From the human T2T-CHM13v2.0 reference genome, Homo sapiens: a stretch of 64,000 nucleotides of DNA. Under the pieces are notes generated by a model that was not told where the DNA came from, made no database searches, and saw only the letters and a list, made by a program, of their open reading frames with translations. Both the position numbers and the translations under genes were made by a program. Location: NCBI GenBank assembly GCA_009914755.4, contig CP086569.2:12928001-12992000 (forward strand), given 5' to 3'. Shown piece after piece: positions 18,042 to 35,460 of this stretch. Position 1 is the first letter of the stretch; every line of letters starts with the position of its first letter.

Positions 18042-19348
18042 AAAAAATGCGATTATATTTTGAAAAAATACTCAGATTCCCTATTGTTTTATTTGTAAGC
18101 ATTGTTGTATCCATGTGACTTATGTCTGATTCCTCAGAAGTAGACCCTGAGTGGAAGGGCTCCCAAGAAACCTGTAGGAATGTTGGTGGAACCATCCAGG
18201 GTGGGGGAGGGGAGAAACATAAATCAAGCAAGGTGGGATCTCAGGCCAAGTTGTAGGGAATGAAAGTTTCATTTTGCATGACTTAAATCAGTGCCTGCAC
18301 ACAATCTTTTACACATTTTAAAAACAGTTAATGAAGATGATCAAATAGGAACAGTTCCAGTCTACAGCTTCCAGTGTGAGCGATGCAGAAGACGGGTGAT
18401 TTCTGCATTTCCAACTGTGGTACCAGGTTCATCTCACTGGGGAGTGTTGGAAAGTGGGTGCAGGACAGTGGGTGCAGTGCATTGAGTGTGAGCTCAAGAA
18501 GGGCAAGACAACACCTCACCCAGGAAGCACAAGGGGTCAGGGAATTCCCTTTCCTAGTCAAAGAAAGGGGTGATGGACAGCACCTGGAAAATCAGGTCAC
18601 TCCCACCCTAATACTGTGCTTTTCCAATGGTCTTAGCAAATGGCACATCAGGAGATTATATCCCATGGCTGGCTCAGAGGGTCCTATGCCCACGGAGTCT
18701 TGCTCATTGCTAGCACAGCAGTCTGAGATCAAACAGCAAGGTGGCAGTGAGGCTGAGGGAGGGGCGTCCACCATTGCTGAGGCTTGAGTAGGTAAACAAA
18801 GCAGCTGGGAAGCTCGAACTGGGTAAAGCCCACCGCAGCTCAAGGAGGCCTGCCTGTCTCTGTAGACCCCGTCTCTGGGAGCAAGGCATAGCCAAACAAA
18901 AGGCAGCAGAAACCTCTGCAGACTTAAATTTCCCTGTCTGACAGCTTTGAAGAGAGTAGTGGTTCTCCCAGCATGCAGCTGGAGACCTGAGAATGGACAG
19001 ACTGCCTCCTCAAATGTGTCCCTGACCCCTGAGTAGCCTAACTGGGAGGCATTCCCAGTAGAGGCAGATGGACACCTCACACAGCTGGGTACTTCTCTGA
19101 GACAAAACTTCCAGAGGAATGATCAGACAGCAACATTTGCTGTTCACCAATATATGCTGTTCTGTAGCCTCCACTGCTGACACCCAGGTAAACAGATCCT
19201 GGAGTGGACCTCCAGCAAACTCCAACAGATCTTCAGCTGAGGGTCCTGACTGTTAGAAGGAAAACTAACAAACAGAAAGGAGATCCACACCAAAACTCCA
19301 TCTGTAGGTCACCATCATCAAGGACCAAAGGTAGATAAAACCACAAAG

Positions 19349-20366
19349 ATGGGGAATAAACAGAGCAGCAAAACTGGAAACTCTAAAAATCAGAGCACCT
19401 CTCCTCCTCCAAAGGAACAGAGCTCCTCACCAGCAATGGAACAAAGCTGGATGGAGAATGACTTTGACACATTGAGAAAATAAGTCTTCAGAAGATTAAA
19501 CTACTCCAAGCTAAAGGAGGAAGTTCAAACCCATGGCAAAGAAGTTAAAAAGCTTTAAAAAAAATCAGATGAATGGATAACTAGAATAACCAATGCAGAG
19601 AAGTCCTTAAAGGACCTGATGGAGCTGAAAACCATGGCAAGAGAACTACGTGACGAATGCACAAGACTCAGTAGCTGATTTGATCAACTGGAAAAAAGGG
19701 TATCAGTGATGGAAGATCAAATGAATGAAATGAAGTAAGAAGAGAAATTTAGAGAAAAAAGAAGAAAAAGAAATGAACAATGCCTTCAAGAAATATGGGA
19801 CAATGTGAAAAGACCAAATCTACATCAGATTGGTGTACCTGAAAATGACGGGGAGAACGGAACAAAGTTGGAAAACACTCTGCAGTATATTACCCAGGAG
19901 AACTTCCCCAATCTAGCAAGGCAGGCCAACATTCAAATTTGGGAAATACAGAGAATGCCACAAAGATACTCCTCAAGAAGAGCAACTCCAAGACACATAA
20001 TTGTCAGATTCACCAAAGCTGAAATGAAGGAAAAAATATTAAGCGCAGCCAGAGAGAAAGGTCGGGTTGCCCACAGAGGGAAGGCCATCAGACTAACAAC
20101 TGATCTCTCAGCAGAAACTCTACAATCCAGAAGACAGTGGGGACCAATATTCAACATTCTTAAAGAAAAGAATTTTCAACCCAGAATTTCATATCCAGCC
20201 AAACTACGCTTCATAAGTGAAAGAGAAATAAAATCCTTTACAGACAAGCAAATGCTGGAAGATTTTGTCACCACTAGGCTTGCCTTACAAGAGCTCTGAA
20301 GGAAGCAATAAACATGGAAAGGAACAACTGGTACCAGCCACTGCAAAAACATGCCAAATTGCAAAG
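19349..20366 (+). pseudogene. LINE-1 ORF1 remnant (ORF1p, RNA-binding chaperone), N-terminal half disrupted
   Basis: An early in-frame stop follows MGNKQSSKTGNSKNQSTSPPPKEQSSSPAMEQSWMENDFDTLRK. The C-terminal 164 aa (19805..20299) is the recognisable ORF1p RRM/CTD (…NIQIWEIQRMPQRYSSRRATPRHIIVRFTKAEMKEK…FQPRISYPAKLRFISEREIKSFTDKQML…). Confidence 0.85.
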
Positions 20367-20426
20367 ACCATCGAGGCTAGGAAGAAACTACATCAACTAA
20401 CAAGCAAAATAACCAGCTAACATCAT

Positions 20427-24245
<3,819 letters not shown>

Positions 24246-24480
24246 AACAATGAGATCACATGGACACAGGAAGGGGAACATCACACTCTGGGGACTGTTG
24301 TGGGGTGGGGGGGAGGGGGGAGGGATAGCATTGGTAGATATACCTAATGCTAGATGATGAGTTAGTGGGTGCAGCACACCACCATGGCACATGTATACAT
24401 ATGTAACTAACCTGCACATTGTGCACATGTACCCTAAAACTTAAAGTATAATAATAATACATTAAAAAATAAAAATAAAA

Positions 24481-26678
<2,198 letters not shown>

Positions 26679-28071
26679 CAGGAAACAGAAATAAGAATGG
26701 AAGGATCTCCAAGATATTACTAAATAAAAGACAGGAAAATGTAAAAAAAAATCTTGTTTTATAATTAGCTTTATAATGCACAATCACACATTTGGCAGAT
26801 TTATGTAGCGCCTAAATTTTCCACTTTGAATCACTATCATGCCAATTATATTAAAGAGATATTCCTGAAAAAAATAAAAAAAAAAAACACAGTTACCATC
26901 ATTTTATCTCAGCATTCTGTGTGCAATTAACAGCAATTTTCTCATAATTAACTAATGGATTCTCTTCATGAGTTCACTCCCAAATTGTTGGCCATATCTG
27001 GTATCTAGCCTAGAATCCATCATTTCTGCACAGAAAGATAAATGTGGGGGTCTGTCCTACCAATGCTGACCCAATGAAGTATGAATAATGTGCACTGACA
27101 CAAATAATCTGTTTTGCCAGTCGAGCGGAGCTAAGAGGCTGCTTACAGACTCCAAGCAGAGTGCTGTAAAGAGTAGCAGCTGCAACAAGCTAGTTAGATA
27201 AACTACCCCAAATTCCTTTGTATCTACTTTAATCTGTTTAACTAAAGGTAAAAGGACTAGGCTGCCTTCAGCCAAATATATTACTAAAGTTATGCAAACT
27301 CTCAGGCCTTCCAAGAGGGTTTGTGGCTATTATAACTAAAATTTTTCCCAGCAGCCGGACTGAACTCCCAGTATAAAATTTCAGTTTTTTTCCAATTTGT
27401 TGATATATTACTCCATTCCTCCCTCATAAATTTTCATGCTAAGTTTTCTAAAGCTTGGTCCCTAAATTATGTCCTAGGTATAGAAGAACCAAGAACAGGT
27501 AATATATCATGTTCCTTAGCCCACATGTGGTTATCTGGACCTGTTATATGGTCTTGTCTTGCTGATCACCTAGTTTTATTCTTGAAAAGTAAGTTCCCTT
27601 GAATCTACTTTTCCAAACCTTTACTCATTCTATGGTCTTTGTAAAAAGGATTTCTGCACTTTTCATAGTACTGCAGAGCTACATCTTGAATTATAAACAC
27701 ACATGTAAAATCATCTGCATAAACTTTATAAAATTTATCAGGGAAAAAAGAATGGGGAGAAATGAAAATAAATCAACCTCACAGGACACTCAACATTCAT
27801 CCTAAGGGCAGCCTATCCCCTTGACCTTCTTCGTCATAGTTGTTTGGTGCCTCTTGTCCTAGAATCACATAAACCGTAGATTAGAGTTCCCTTAACTGCT
27901 CTGTAGATAACGACTTCAACGTTATGAAACAAGTTTTCCCTTTGAGATTTTTTTTCAGGTCCTGCATACTGATGAAACTACTAATGCCAGCTGGTCTGAA
28001 GGATACCACAAGAAGCTAACTCACCAAAGAATGCAGTTTCCATATCCTGAGGATTTTATGCTCCTTACCCT

Positions 28072-28337
28072 AAGCAGTCAATGACCCTAATTTCCCAGCC
28101 TCTTATCCTCTACAATCCCCTGAAAAACTACAGCTCAGAACTCCACAAGGAGACAGATTTGAGGGTTTCCTCCCATTTTCTCACTCAGTGTCCTACAATT
28201 ATTAAGCTCTTTCTCTGCTGCAAACCCTGCTGTCTCAGAGTATTGGTTTTTTTACTGTACAGTGGACATTCGGACCCAGTGGTCCCATAACACATAGTTC
28301 AAGACAGATGTTGTTGAGTAAGTCAGGTCCTGCTTGT
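28072..28337. repeat. Direct repeat copy 1 (about 265 bp, about 95% identical to 29362-29637)
   Basis: AGCAGTCAATGACCCTAATTTCCCAGCCTCTTATCCTCTACAATCCCCTGAAAAACTACAGCTCAGAACTCCACAAGGAGACAGATTTGAGGGTTTCCTCCCATTTTCTCACTCAGTGTCCTACAATTATTAAGCTC…GTCAGGTCCTGCTTGTATG. Confidence 0.9.
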
Positions 28338-28920
28338 ATGCACACAAAGTTTCAAAAGAGAGAAGGCTGTAAGATTTCTTCATTGGCTACAAATAAAATG
28401 TCTTAGAAAAAATCCCATGTTACTTACTTCAGTCTTCCCAGTGGTTATCAAAATGTGGTACCTGGACCACCCTCATCAGCATCACCTGGGAATTTGTTAG
28501 AAATGCAAATTCTAAAATCCTTCCTTAGACCCAATAAATGAGAAAGAGTGGGATCCAGCTTTGTGTGTTTCAACAAGCCCTCCTTAGTTCTAATCCTCTC
28601 TCAACATTGAGAACCACTGGTTAGGACTACAATTTCTCTCACCAAATCTCATTCAGATCATGACCTAATTAGCAAACAAGACTACGAGTCATTCCTGGAC
28701 CGACCTGACCTTTTTCTTTATATATACCAAAGCTTTCTGTGTTTCAGCTGACTAAATGAGTGGAATTCAGTATGGAGCAGCCAGTTTATGAGGACACTGT
28801 GAGGATTTAACATATTACGGTGGGGTTGCAGATTAAATCCACACAGGGACTTAAAAAAAATGGAAACATTACAATATAAGATACAGAGATGAAACACTTC
28901 CAGGCTTTAAGAAAATGTAA

Positions 28921-29244
28921 GGCTGAGCACAGTGGCTTATGCCTGTAAATCTAAGCACTTTGGGAGACTAAGGACAGAGGATTGCTTGGGGCCAGGAGTT
29001 TAGACTAGACTTGAGGCTAGTTAAGGCAAAAAAGTGAAACCTTTTGTCTACAAAAAAAAAAAAAAACTAAAAATTTACTTGGGTGTGATGTCATGTGCCT
29101 GTTGTCCCAGCTACTGGGTAGGCTGAGGCAGGAGGATGACGTGAGCCCAGGAGTTTGAGGTTGTAGTGAGCCATGATTGCACCATTGCTCTCCAGCCAGG
29201 GGAACAGAGCAAGGTCCTGTCTGTAAAATAATAATAATAAAATT
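28921..29244 (+). mobile_element. Alu SINE (AluS-like), lying between the two 265 bp direct repeats
   Basis: GGCTGAGCACAGTGGCTTATGCCTGTAAATCTAAGCACTTTGGGAGACTAAGG… with a middle A-run and an (ATA)n tail. Confidence 0.9.
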
Positions 29245-29361
29245 TTACAAAGAACAAAAGAGGATATCTAACAAAATTGAAAGAATGGTATCAGAATATA
29301 ACTTGGGCAAGGTATAACTATATAAATAAGAAGAGGTAGTGGTCCACAGCCTACTTTCTAA

Positions 29362-29637
29362 ACCTCTGAGCAGTCAATGATCCCAATTTCCTGACCTCTT
29401 ATCCTCTACAATCCCCTGAAAAACTACAGCTCAGAACTCCACAGGGAGACAGATTTGAGGGTTTCCTCCCATTTTCTCACTCAGTGTCCTACAATTATTA
29501 AGCTCTTTCTCTGCTGCAAACCCCGCTGTCTCAGAGTATTGGTTTTTTTACTGCACAGTGGACATTCAGACCCAGTGGTCCTATAACACATAGTTCAAGA
29601 CAGCTGTTGTTGGGTAAGTCAGGTCCTGCTTGTATGT
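29362..29637. repeat. Direct repeat copy 2 (partner of 28072-28337)
   Basis: AGCAGTCAATGATCCCAATTTCCTGACCTCTTATCCTCTACAATCCCCTGAAAAACTACAGCTCAGAACTCCACAGGGAGACAGATTTGAGGG…GTCAGGTCCTGCTTGTATG. Homology stops sharply at both ends. Confidence 0.9.
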
Positions 29638-29724
29638 CTCCCCATTCAGCGAGCTGCAAATAACAACATACACCTGTAAATCAGAGTCAAGTGAGTTTCA
29701 TTAATGACTAACTCAAGGCTCCTT

Positions 29725-29815
29725 TAACCTATTTACAACCAAGACGGTGGCCCACTGTGAGTCTCATGAGTCTCACAGTGGGCCGCCATCTTTGTTGTAA
29801 ATAGGTTAATGACTC
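29725..29815. mobile_element. Palindromic MITE-like element (inverted arms of about 45 bp around a short core)
   Basis: Left arm TTAACCTATTTACAACCAAGACGGTGGCCCACTGTGAG. Core TCTCATGAGTCTCA. Right arm CAGTGGGCCGCCATCTTTGTTGTAAATAGGTTAAT, which is the reverse complement of the left arm with 2-3 mismatches. Confidence 0.7.
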
Positions 29816-30440
29816 CAAGGATCATTTTTTCAGACTTGCACTCTCTTTCATGGTGAATGTGTTTTATAGCATTCCTTTTTACAAAAATGTAATGAAAACT
29901 ACTGATAATGAACACTGACAATGAATGCTCAAATAATTTTCAAACATGTATTTGAGGCTGTAACTGTAATATAAAACAGAAATGTAACAGAAAAGCAACT
30001 TCTCTTATTTTAAAACACTACGGCATTTTAATAGGTAAATGGTAAGGTAGGGATGGAAAAAAAGACCCACAGGTTTGCTTTAGATAGAATCATTGAGATA
30101 GATACCAGAACTGCCAACACTTGTGTGTTGTGTTGGCAACTCAAATAGCAGCAGGAGGATTTCCATAGATAGTGTTTTCCAAAGTGGTGACTAGTTCTTG
30201 ATCAGGTTCTGATCGAAGCAACTGACTGCAGTCCTCTGTTTCCACTGGTTTGCTTTCTTGTGAATTTCATCTTGTGAATTAAAACTGTTCAAACGTGGAT
30301 GGAACTGGAGGTCATTACATTAAGTGAGATAAGCCAGTCACTGGAGAACAGCACATATTCTCACTCCTGTTTGGGAACTCAAAAAAGTGGAGCTCATGTA
30401 GATAGAATGTAGAATGGGGATTACCAGAGTCTGGGGAGAG

Positions 30441-30517
30441 AAGTCTCACAGTGGGCCACCATCATGAGTCTCAAAATGGGCTGCCATCTTAGTGGTAAAT
30501 AGGTTAATAGAGACTTG
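30441..30517. mobile_element. Second, partial copy of the same palindromic element
   Basis: GAAGTCTCACAGTGGGCCACCATCATGAGTCTCAAAATGGGCTGCCATCTTAGTGGTAAATAGGTTAATAGAG shares the right arm with 29770-29815 and has part of the core duplicated. Confidence 0.6.
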
Positions 30518-31115
30518 CTTTAGTCCTTGATGAAACCCACTTGAATATGTGTTGAATACCTAGAATAGACAGCCACAGTAGGTGTCCATTAATTTCAAAA
30601 ATTAGTATTTGCAAGCAAATTTATTCAGATGAGAAGTCTTCATGAAAACTAACCTTCTTGGGTAAGCAGGATGAAGCTGTTTGTGAGTATAACAGTGAGT
30701 CATTGAATGAATATATTCCTACCTAATAGATTATAACATGTCCTAGCTTATTGAGGCAAATTATAAAAATATTATTAAGAACAACCATTTATCACACAAT
30801 GTTTGGACTATTGCAAATTTCTTGTTTCTTGCTGTCAAAATTAAATCTATGGCATGTACTCAATGATCCTTCATGGAGGGAACTCCCCTTACTATTTTTA
30901 ATTTTCAGTTTATTTTTAACAGACAAATAATAATTTCATGTATTTATGCATTAAAAGGTGATTTTTTACACATTTATACATTGTGGATTTAACAAATCAT
31001 GCTAATTAAAATAATCATCACTTCACATATTTGTTATTTCTTTATGGTGAGATCATTTGAAATCCAATTCTTAGAGCAATTTAAAAATATACAGTATATT
31101 ATTAACTACAGTCAC

Positions 31116-31504
31116 TGATATGGTTTGACTCTGTGATTCCACTCAAATATCATGTCAAATTGTAATCCCCAGTGTTGGAGGAGGGGCCTGGTGAGAGGTG
31201 GTTGAATCATGGGAGTGGACTTCCTTCTTGCTCCTCTTGTGATAATCAGGGAGTTCTCATGAGATCTGATGGTTTAAAAGTCTGTGGCACTTCCCCCCTC
31301 ACTCCTTCTCTCTCTCCTCCATCACCATGGTAAGACATGCTTGCTTCCCCTTCATCTTCCAACAAGATTGTATGTTTCCTGAGGCCTCCCCAGCCATGCC
31401 TCCTGCATAGCCTGCAGAACCAGGAGCCAATTACACCTCTTTTATGTATAAATTACTCAGTCTCACATAGTTCTTTATAGCAATGCCAGAACAGACAAAT
31501 ACAC
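31116..31504 (+). mobile_element. ERVL-MaLR solo LTR (MST/THE1-like)
   Basis: TGATATGGTTTGACTCTGTGATTCCACTCAAATATCATGTCAAATTGTAATCCCCAGTGTTGGAGGAGGGGCCTGGTGAGAGGTGGTTGAATCATGGGAGTGGA…CTCATGAGATCTGATGGTTTAAAAGTCTGTGGCACTTCCCCC…TTATGTATAAATTACTCAGTCTCACATAGTTCTTTATAGCAATG…. Confidence 0.75.
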
Positions 31505-31696
31505 TCACCTCATTGTGCAACAGATCACCAGAACTTATCCTTCCTGTCTAATTGAAACTTTGTACCCTTTGAAAAATATACACGGCATATCCCCATCCTC
31601 TACCATCCACCATTCTACTCTCTAGTTCTGTGTGTTTGACTTTTTTAGTTTCCACATATGAGGGAGGTTATGCAATTTTTGTTTTCCTGCCAACTT

Positions 31697-31848
31697 CCGG
31701 GGCATGGAATGGTATGTGGATGGCAGACATACCCCAAATTGGCTACAGAGCTCTGAGGAGAAACCTTGAAGACAACTTAAGGGCATTTTGGAATCTGGCT
31801 CTGAGGCACACAGCAGGCTTAATGGGTCTTTAATCACAACCATTGGAG
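31697..31848. repeat. Direct repeat R copy 1 (about 140 bp, about 85% identical to 32715-32853)
   Basis: …GGCATGGAATGGTATGTGGATGGCAGACATACCCCAAATTGGCTACAGAGCTCTGAGGAGAAACCTTGAAGACAACTTAAGGGCATTTTGGAATCTGGCTCTGAGGCACACAGCAGGCTTAATGGGTCTTTAATCACAACC. Confidence 0.85.
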
Positions 31849-31871
31849 AACCAGGATAATATTCCTCCCTG

Positions 31872-32174
31872 CCTTTGTCCACTTGGGCTTCTATAATAAA
31901 ATATCATGCACTGAGTGGCTAAAGCAACAATCATCAATTTCTCATGCTTCTGGAGAGCGGAAGTCCAAGATATGGATGTCAGCAGACCCAGTGGCTGGAA
32001 AGGACTCTCTTTTTGGTTTTCAGATGGCTACCTTCTTGTGTCTGCAAATGATGGTGGGGGAGAGAGGGTGGAGAACAAGCTCTCTTGTCTCTCTGATTAT
32101 AAAGGCACTAATCCCATCATGAGGGCTCCATTCTCATGACCTGTTTTTCAAAGTCCCCATCTTCAAATACCATC
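31872..32174 (+). mobile_element. MLT1-type MaLR LTR 'A' (5' portion); its 3' end resumes at 32570-32635
   Basis: The start matches the MLT1 consensus as I recall it (TGCCTTTGTCCACTTGGGCTTCTATAATAAAATATCATGCACTGAGTGGCTAAAGCAACAATCATCAATTTCTCATGCTTCTGGAGAGCGGAAGTCCAAGAT…TTATAAAGGCACTAATCCCATCATGAGGGCTCCATTCTCATGACC…CAAATACCATC). After the nested element it continues …ATTGGGATTCCAAAACATATAAATTTGGGGAAGTTGAGATAAACATTCATTCC. Confidence 0.65.
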
Positions 32175-32564
32175 TGTCTTAGTCTTACAGGCTGCTATAA
32201 TGAATACACTATAAAATGGGTGGCTTATAAGCAACATAAATTTATTCCTTCCAGTTCTGGAGGCTGGAAGTCCAAGATCAAGTTGTGGCAGGTTTAGTGT
32301 CTGGTGAGGACTGTTCTCCTAGTTCACGGATGGTGCTATGTCCATTCTGGTTTATAGATGACATTATGTTCTTCCTGTGTCCTCACATGGTGGAAAGGGT
32401 GAGGGAGCTCTCTGGTTCCCTTTTTATAACGAAACTCATTCCATCCATGAGGCTCCATCCTTATGACCTCACCACCTCCCAAAAGCACCACCTCCTAACA
32501 CGATCACCTTGGAGGTGAAAATTCCAATATGTGAAATTTGGAGGGCAGATATTCAGATCATAGG
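32175..32564 (+). mobile_element. MLT1-type MaLR LTR 'B', nested inside LTR 'A'
   Basis: TGTCTTAGTCTTACAGGCTGCTATAATGAATACACTATAAAATGGGTGGCTTATAAGCAACATAAATTTATTCCTTCCAGTTCTGGAGGCTGGAAGTCCAAGATCAAG…TGTCCTCACATGGTGGAAAGGGTGAGGGAGCTCTCTGG…TTATAACGAAACTCATTCCATCCATGAGGCTCCATCC…. Confidence 0.7.
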
Positions 32565-32714
32565 ACCATGATAGTAAAAATTGGGATTCCAAAACATATA
32601 AATTTGGGGAAGTTGAGATAAACATTCATTCCATTGCATCCCCTACCTGCCCTGTGTAAAGAGAATGCATGCCTATTGAATTCAGATGCCTGCCTATCTA
32701 ACTGGCATTTTCTC

Positions 32715-32853
32715 TTGCGGGGTATGGATGGTACACATGCCCCAACTGGCTACAGAGCTGTGGGCAGAAAGCTTGAAAGCAGCTTGAGGGCATTTTGGAA
32801 TCTGGCTCTGAGGCACACAGCAGACTTAATGAGTCTTTAATGACAACCAGAGA
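32715..32853. repeat. Direct repeat R copy 2
   Basis: GGGGTATGGATGGTACACATGCCCCAACTGGCTACAGAGCTGTGGGCAGAAAGCTTGAAAGCAGCTTGAGGGCATTTTGGAATCTGGCTCTGAGGCACACAGCAGACTTAATGAGTCTTTAATGACAACC. Confidence 0.85.
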
Positions 32854-33264
32854 CTTGGAGGTGGAGGGTGATTTTCTACACAGCAGATGAGAATGAACTT
32901 CTCTCCAACATTTGTTTGGATGAAGCAACTCAAGCCATCCATGAGATCAAATGCCCGGGCCTGTCAATACCCAGCTGATTGGAAAGTCTTCTGGGAAAGA
33001 ATGAACCTTCTCATTCCCCATCTGGCAGGCTTCTGATGCCACTGCACCATTGGAGGTTCCTAAAATGCTCATCAACACAATTCACTGGCAGCTCATTTTA
33101 CCTAGGATTTGACCCTCAACATTACTGAGTTGGGGGAGAGAAACTTTCCACCTCTCAGGTAGGAGACCAGAATTGGGCCATGAACAAAGGAAGTGGGAAG
33201 CCCTGCCATCTGTAGCAATGGGACTGGTTTCTTGGGAAAAACTTGGTTTTACAAGGTTTAGAAA

Positions 33265-34060
33265 ATCTGCTCATCAAAACTACCATCTCATCCAGCAATC
33301 CCACTCACTGTGTATCTACCCACAGGAAAATAAATCATTCTATCCAAAAGATACCTGCACTCACCCGTTTATCATAGCACTAGTCACAATAGCAAAGATA
33401 TGGAATCAACCTAAGTTGACTCCTCTCAAAATGTAAGTGTCCATCAGTGCATGAATGGATAAAGAAAATGTGGCATATATACACACCATGTGTATTAATC
33501 TGTTCTCACACTGCTGATAAAGACATACCCAAGACTGGGTAATTTATAAAGGAAAGAGGTTTTAATGGACTTACAGTTCTATATGGCTGGGGAGGCCTTA
33601 TAGTCATGGCAGAAGAGCAGGGTATGTCTTACATGGCATCAGGCAAGAAGAGAATGAGAACCAAGCAAAAAGTGAAACCCCTTATAAAACCATCAGATCT
33701 CGTGAGATTTATTCACTACTATGTAGACATTATGAGGGAGACTGCCCCCTTGATTCAATTATCTCCTACTGGATCTCTCCTGCAACACATGGGCATTATG
33801 GCAGCTACAATTCAAGATGATATTTGTGTGGGGACACAGCCAAACCATATCTCCACGGAATATTACACAGCCCTCCAAATGAATTAAATCATGACTTTTG
33901 CAGCAACATGGATAGAACTGGAGGATATTATCCTAAGTGAAACAACTCAAAAACAGAGAGATAAACACCCCATATTCTCACTTATAAGTGGGAGCTAAAC
34001 ATTGTGTAGACATGGACATAGACAGTGGAATAAGAGACATTGGGGTTTGGGAGTAAGTAT
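33265..34060 (+). mobile_element. Old LINE-1 (L1PB/L1MA-type) 3' end, split by a MaLR LTR at 33490-33852
   Basis: The left piece reads …IPFDPAIPL…TIAKIWNQPKL…SVHQCMNG*RKCGIYTHH, so the ends of the old L1 are frameshifted. The right piece reads EYYTALQMN*IMTFAATWIELEDIILSETTQKQRDKHPIFSLISGS. The L1 sequence is collinear across the LTR. Confidence 0.75.
33490..33852 (-). mobile_element. ERVL-MaLR solo LTR (THE1/MST-like) nested in the old L1, 5 bp TSD CCATG/CCACG
   Basis: Reverse complement of the THE1-like LTR (TGTATTAATCTGTTCTCACACTGCTGATAAAGACATACCCAAGACTGGGTAATTTATAAAGGAAAGAGGTTTAATGGACTTACAGTTC…CCAAACCATATC). The flanks are …ACACACCATG | LTR | TCCACGGAATATTAC. Confidence 0.75.
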
Positions 34061-34202
34061 GTTATTACTGGAAAGAACATGCCCACATTTTTACTATGAG
34101 TAGTACAGATTGAGTTTACAGGGATAATACATTTCTTTTTGAACATGGATCAAAAATATTTTTGCAAGATATAGAACTAATCTAACTGTCCATTAACCAA
34201 TG

Positions 34203-34612
34203 AGTGGATAAGACTATGTGGATACCATGGAATACTACTCAGCTATAAAAGCGAATGAAATAATGTCTTCTACAGCAACTTGGATAGAACTGGGGGCCAC
34301 TATTCTAAGTGAAGTAACTCAAGAATGGAAAACCAAACATTGTATGTTCTCACCTATAGGTGGGAACTAAACTATGAGGATGCAAAGGCATAAGAATGAT
34401 ATAATGGACTTCAAGGACTCAGGGAGGTGGGAAGGCTGGGAGTGGGGTGAGGGATAAAAGACTACATATTGGGCACAGTGTACACTGCTTGGATGGTAGG
34501 CACACAAAAATCTCAGGAATCACCAGTAATGAATGTAACACGTAACCTTAAACCACCTGTATTCCCCACAACTATTAAAATAAAAACAAAAAGTATTAAA
34601 AAAATTTTTTTT
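34203..34612 (+). mobile_element. Old LINE-1 3' end fragment (L1PB/L1MA-type)
   Basis: ATACCATGGAATACTACTCAGCTATAAAAGCGAATGAAATAATGTCTTCTACAGCAACTTGGATAGAACTGGGGGCCACTATTCTAAGTGAAGTAACTCAAGAATGGAAAACCAAACATTGTATGTTCTCACCTATAGGTGGGAACTAAACTATGAGGATGCAAAGGCATAAGAATG… up to an A-rich end. Confidence 0.75.
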
Positions 34613-34739
34613 GGCACATTTTGAGTACCAAGCACTAAATTATTTATTTTTTGTAGTAGTTTATTTTATTTATTACTTATTTTATTTCCGTAGGTTTTTG
34701 GGGAACTGGTGGTGTTTGACTACATGAGTAAGTTCTTTC

Positions 34740-35460
<721 letters not shown>

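Noticed and set aside
24301-24323. G-rich run GGGGTGGGGGGGAGGGGGGAGGG (also at 7664-7700, 15655-15685 and 26515-26540)
   Set aside because: This is the known G-quadruplex-prone motif of the L1 3' UTR, present in essentially every L1 3' end. It is not a locus-specific regulatory element.
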